A DNA stretch of 31,178 bases. It comes from Pseudomonadota bacterium (GTDB taxonomy: Bacteria; Bdellovibrionota; FAC87; UBA2466). Shown here piece by piece: positions 27,813-31,178 of this stretch (position 1 is its first letter; every line of letters starts with the position of its first letter). The DNA lies in assembly GCA_043718025.1 (NCBI GenBank), contig JAYSWN010000093.1, positions 1-31,178 of the forward strand, written 5' to 3'. The notes under the pieces were generated by a model, which had not been told where the DNA came from, searched no databases, and saw only the letters and a program-made list of their open reading frames with translations. The position numbers were made by a program, and so were the translations under genes.

Positions 27813-27995
27813 ATGATCGTGGTGCGCGAGTGCGCGGCTCAATGGGGTAAGGCTAAGTTAGACCGGGACGAGCTGGCAAGACTTCGTCTGGTCGAGAAGT
27901 GGCCTCTGAAACGTCTCCAGGCTCATTGCAAGCTTGGAAGGACGAAAATCAAGGAAGAGTTGCGGCGTTTGTCCGGCTCCGGCCAAGGGAGTTAA
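27813..27995 (+). CDS. Small basic HTH-like protein or remnant (60 aa)
   Basis: LDRDELARLRLVEKWPLKRLQAHCKLGRTKIKEELRRL has the helix-turn(G)-helix pattern; start uncertain (27801 or 27813). Confidence 0.4.
   Translation: MIVVRECAAQWGKAKLDRDELARLRLVEKWPLKRLQAHCKLGRTKIKEELRRLSGSGQGS
27860..27907 (+). repeat. Imperfect direct repeat, copy 1 (48 bp)
   Basis: AGACCGGGACGAGCTGGCAA-GAC-TTCGTCTGGTCGAGAA-G-TGGCCTCT shares 44 identical positions with 29683-29728. Confidence 0.92.
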
Positions 27996-28044
27996 GAGGG
28001 CAAAATATGGACGGAGAGCTCTCCCAGTCTAGGACGAATAGCCC

Positions 28045-28074
28045 TTTACTTAGGTGTACACCTTGTGGTACTCT
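28045..28074 (+). promoter_or_regulatory. TA promoter and operator
   Basis: TTTACT, 18 bp, TACTCT (preceded by TGn); perfect palindrome AGGTGTACACCT (28052-28063) in the spacer; second GTAC core 12 bp downstream. Confidence 0.75.
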
Positions 28075-28097
28075 TTAGTTTGAAAGGTGGTGCGTAT

Positions 28098-28358
28098 ATG
28101 CAAAATACCAACCCCAAGCAGTTAAGAGCTGAACTCAAGGATTTCCTTAATCTCGCGGCTAAAGAGCCCATTCGGATTCAGCGTCGGTCCGGAGAAAACT
28201 ATATCCTCGTAAAGGAAGAATCCTATCAGGAACTTCAGAACGAGGTCGTCTCTTTGCAGCGCCGACTACTCGGAATGTCGCAGGCCGTCTCAGGATCGAC
28301 ACAGGAATATAAAATCGGTGACAAAAACAGGCTCTCTCGACTGAAGAAGAAAAAGTAA
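28098..28358 (+). CDS. Phd/YefM-family antitoxin
   Basis: QLRAELKDFLNLAAKEPIRIQRRSGENYILVKEESYQEL fits the Phd/YefM N-terminus; AAGGTGG SD; TAATG coupling to the next gene. Confidence 0.8.
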   Translation: MQNTNPKQLRAELKDFLNLAAKEPIRIQRRSGENYILVKEESYQELQNEVVSLQRRLLGMSQAVSGSTQEYKIGDKNRLSRLKKKK

Positions 28359-28696
28359 TGGCTCGATTCCTTTTCACAGAGAACTACAATGCGGCCCTCG
28401 AGCGAATCGAGGACCACATCTTTCGAACCACTGAATCACTCGAGCAGGTGGAAAGGTTTTTAGACCAGCACGATAGTGCACTGAATTTTCTTGCAGAGAA
28501 TCCCAGTACCCCTGCTCCTCACCCCGTTACGGGTGACCAATCGTGGGTGTTTTCCGACGGCAGGTACCGTCTCTTTTTTAAAGCTGTCCCTAGTGGGGCG
28601 GGAGTCACAATCTTCCTCATTCACCTTATTGATAATCGGGAAAGTAATCTAGGCATTTACCCTGGCAATAAGATCCCAACATTTAGTGAAAATTAA
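28358..28696 (+). CDS. RelE/ParE-like toxin
   Basis: FLFTENYNAALERIEDHI...LNFLAENP...GRYRLFF...IFLIHLIDNR follows the RelE/ParE pattern; coupled to the antitoxin. Confidence 0.72.
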   Translation: MARFLFTENYNAALERIEDHIFRTTESLEQVERFLDQHDSALNFLAENPSTPAPHPVTGDQSWVFSDGRYRLFFKAVPSGAGVTIFLIHLIDNRESNLGIYPGNKIPTFSEN

Positions 28697-28842
28697 TTAA
28701 GTCCCCAGCGTAAGTGGACTTTGTCCGACACGGGAGATTCAACGCTTCGTAAGAGGTTTTACGCATGAAGTTTATTGGCTATGTGCTTATGTGCTTCCTA
28801 AACAAAATCGCCAGAATCCTCCGAGGCGGGTATCTTCCCCGG

Positions 28843-29262
28843 ATGAACTTTCGGCGTGCCGCCATCGTCCTATTGCTCTTACTTGCGCCGGGGACGCTCT
28901 TTGGTCACCGGCTGCTCCGCTACGAGCCGGCGGTCGTGGAGTGCCACGGGAAGCTGCGGCTCGTCTATTTTCCGGGGCCGCCCAACTATGAGTCCATCAA
29001 AGATGGCGACGAACGGGAAGAGGTTTATATATTGGAACTCGAAGAACCGTTCGATATTGCCGCCGCCAACGATCCCAAGACGCCGCTCAATGACTCGGAG
29101 GGTTGGGGACGAAATGTAAAACGCATCCAGCTTACTAACTATGGAATGTTAGGTAGGCGAGTTGGAAAAAAAGTCACCGTGAGGGGAAGGTTGTCTGAAG
29201 CCATTTTTGGCCATCACCATACCGGCGTGTTGATGGAAGTGCTGAAAGTGACCGGAGAGTAA
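28843..29262 (+). CDS. DUF4431-like secreted protein
   Basis: Signal peptide from Met 28843; PGPPNYES, YILEL..P, IQL, VGKKVTVRGRL, HHHTGVLM resemble DUF4431 from memory. Confidence 0.65.
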   Translation: MNFRRAAIVLLLLLAPGTLFGHRLLRYEPAVVECHGKLRLVYFPGPPNYESIKDGDEREEVYILELEEPFDIAAANDPKTPLNDSEGWGRNVKRIQLTNYGMLGRRVGKKVTVRGRLSEAIFGHHHTGVLMEVLKVTGE

Positions 29263-29730
29263 ATGTACTCGCGAGCTATCAAAGGCGGTCGCCAGCGCGT
29301 CATCTACATCGATGGCAAGGACCGCCTTGTGAAGATTGGGGGTGAGCCGGCTTGGCGGAACAACAACCCGGGCAACCTTAAGAGCGGAGCCCACACACGC
29401 ATTCATGGTTCCATCGGTGTCGTCAACGGATTTGCCGTGTTTCCGACCGAGGAGATCGGGACGGAAGCGAGGATTCGGTTGTTGCAGGGAAGTAAGTATC
29501 GGAACAAGACCATCATGGAGATGGTGAAGGCTTACGCGCCGAAAAAGGACGGCAACAATCCCGAGCGGTACGCGCGGCAGATCGAGTCGATTGCTGGATT
29601 GAAACGCAATCGAGTGCTGAAGGGTCTTTCCGATTACGAGTTTGCCGCACTTATCGCGGCCATGAAACAAATCGAGGGAAACAGACCGGGACGAGCTGGC
29701 AATTTCGTCTGGTCGAGAAATGGCCTCTAA
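29263..29730 (+). CDS. Putative lysozyme-like peptidoglycan hydrolase (NNPGN family)
   Basis: AWRNNNPGNL, GFAVFPT...G, YAP..DGNNPERY and C-terminal MKQIEG; no signal peptide; starts immediately after the upstream stop. Confidence 0.65.
   Translation: MYSRAIKGGRQRVIYIDGKDRLVKIGGEPAWRNNNPGNLKSGAHTRIHGSIGVVNGFAVFPTEEIGTEARIRLLQGSKYRNKTIMEMVKAYAPKKDGNNPERYARQIESIAGLKRNRVLKGLSDYEFAALIAAMKQIEGNRPGRAGNFVWSRNGL
29683..29728 (+). repeat. Imperfect direct repeat, copy 2 (46 bp)
   Basis: AGACCGGGACGAGCTGGCAA-T-TTCGTCTGGTCGAGAA-A-TGGCCTCT overlaps the last ~15 codons of the hydrolase gene. Confidence 0.92.
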
Positions 29731-29950
29731 GACAAACAAGCTTATTACTGGGTCTCAATGAGCAACGACAAAAACTGGTGGAAGAGTTCGCAGATACGTG
29801 TCGCAAACAACGCGTTAATTGAAATAAAAAACATGGTTAGAGGTGCGTTAAGTTTCCTATCCCTACGGCTTTTCTAAAGATTTTACTCGCTTCTCTAATT
29901 CGATATGACACCTTACGATGGACGACGCGTACGCCTCGTCTCTCTCGGCT

Positions 29951-30553
29951 TCAGTGCACTTCGTCGCAGTATTTCTCGACCGAATTATCTTTGAAAAATT
30001 CGCTGGCGGGTATAGCGGGGCTGCATCCCGCATCAAGACAAAACATTGGTGGCTTACTGCCCTCTTCAGAAGCCAGTGCTCGTTCCGGATTCCATCTGGT
30101 TATTCTGTAAACTTCCCTTCGTCGGAGATTCAGCTCCAATGAGATTCCTTGTTTTTTGTCCTTATAGAAGCATTCAGCAGGGAGGGCGTGAGGATTGATC
30201 CATTTCGTCGATTCGATTTCCCAGGTCGCCGAGGGGAATTGAGCCTTTGCAACCTTCAAGTCTTTTTCCGGATCATCGCTTCTCATCTCCCAAACTAATG
30301 AATGTGCGACCTCGGAACCCTCATCGAAAAAGAATGTGATCCTTTCGGTTCCATTCTCCCGGTATTCCCACGACTTTCGGGCTCGCGCGTCCTTAAAATT
30401 GTTGATCTTGTCAGGCTTGCCAAAGAGTTGTGTAAGCTGCTGCTTAGTTGTCTTCCCGGGTGTAAGCTCGATGGCGTTTTTAAACAGTATTTTTCCAGCC
30501 CACGAGTCTGCAGTGTTAAAGCAAATCGCCAGAATCAGTAGAAATTTAATCAT
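29951..30553 (-). CDS. Secreted hypothetical protein with SmpA/OmlA (BamE)-like N-terminal motif
   Basis: GGGGAG SD; signal peptide; LTPGKTTKQQLTQLFGKPD...WEY; Cys-containing C-terminus. Confidence 0.65.
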   Translation of the reverse strand: MIKFLLILAICFNTADSWAGKILFKNAIELTPGKTTKQQLTQLFGKPDKINNFKDARARKSWEYRENGTERITFFFDEGSEVAHSLVWEMRSDDPEKDLKVAKAQFPSATWEIESTKWINPHALPAECFYKDKKQGISLELNLRRREVYRITRWNPERALASEEGSKPPMFCLDAGCSPAIPASEFFKDNSVEKYCDEVH

Positions 30554-30588
30554 TTCACACTCCCCGATTTCATTTTAGGTCCGATGTG

Positions 30589-31095
30589 TTACTGCATCCA
30601 ACTAAAAACCCCCGGAGCCTTCGCCCGCAGCGCGGCAGGATTAAGCGCGTAGCTGGCTACATCATCCGCGAAGTCTTCATAATAACTTAACATTCCGTTC
30701 GGTCTTAGAAAATGGTCAACAGGGCGCCCAGGCTTGAAACCCGAGGGACTGCCGGAATCTACAATCCACTTTGCCGCGTTTCGAAAAGAAGCCTGATCTT
30801 CGTTGGAGAGCCCAGTAAAGTATCGATGTGCCATCTCGTGAGCTAAAACTCGGGCAAGGTTGTATTTCGAATCAAAGGCCGGGTCATAAAGCGCGATGTT
30901 ATTGCCCTGGGTTGCGGCGGGGTTTTCAGGATTGTCGGGATGGTGCATCCGATAAATGGCATCAAAATCTTGGTTCTTCAAAAAATTCGGAATCTCCGCG
31001 AGCGCTTCCAAAACCCTTTCTCTTTCTTCGACCGTCCATTCGCCTGGCTTATCATTCTTCGGACCCCAATACTTCGGCCTACCGACGTTGGCCCC
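30589..31095 (-). pseudogene. Zincin-like metallopeptidase (HExxH...E), probably 5'-disrupted
   Basis: LAHEMAH and YEDFAD motifs. The frame is open from 31095 with protein-like sequence (WTVEERERVLEAL), but there is an in-frame TAA at 31096-31098 and no start codon until TTG 31011. Confidence 0.5.
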
Positions 31096-31178
31096 TTAGT
31101 TGGAGCGTTCAAGACTTCCGAATTTTGTTAGGCTGATACCACAGCCTGATTTTTTAGTGCAAAACTTTCTGGCGTTTC

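Noticed and set aside
29149..29739. 196-aa minus-strand ORF
   Set aside because: Antisense to the motif-bearing hydrolase gene, with no recognisable features.
25700..31178. Classical integron, prophage or IS element
   Set aside because: No integrase, transposase or phage structural gene, no canonical attC boxes, and mixed gene orientations.

Overview
A bacterial chromosomal window of about 50% GC by eye. The protein styles (large Ig/RCC1 lipoprotein, secreted M1 peptidase, Gly-rich RRM protein) suggest a Bdellovibrionota/Deltaproteobacteria-like organism, which is an inference. The left ~25.6 kb is mostly housekeeping: the 3' part of a chemosensory operon (multi-Hpt hybrid CheA, CheB), a secreted PepN co-oriented with a small 4-TM protein resembling ATP synthase subunit c, MazG, an RRM protein/DEAD helicase/desaturase trio, a 1389-aa surface lipoprotein, a tandem cNMP-binding protein with a LETM1-like tail, a GT-C glycosyltransferase, IspH, a Ser/Thr dehydratase and gntK-gntP-gnd. 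The right ~5.5 kb is accessory and mosaic: orphan secreted or membrane proteins, a small HTH-like ORF, a Phd/YefM-RelE/ParE-type toxin-antitoxin pair with a TGTACA operator, a DUF4431-like secreted protein abutting an NNPGN lysozyme-like gene, and a probably broken HExxH peptidase. The most notable unexplained signals are: (1) a ~48-bp hairpin-forming imperfect direct repeat bracketing the TA plus hydrolase cassette; (2) the cNMP-cNMP-LETM1-like fusion; (3) the orphan subunit-c-like protein; (4) a recurrent sigma54-like motif 2 bp shorter than canonical, with IHF-like sites. No rRNA, tRNA, CRISPR array, integrase or transposase was recognised. All family assignments are by-eye motif recognition, not database searches.
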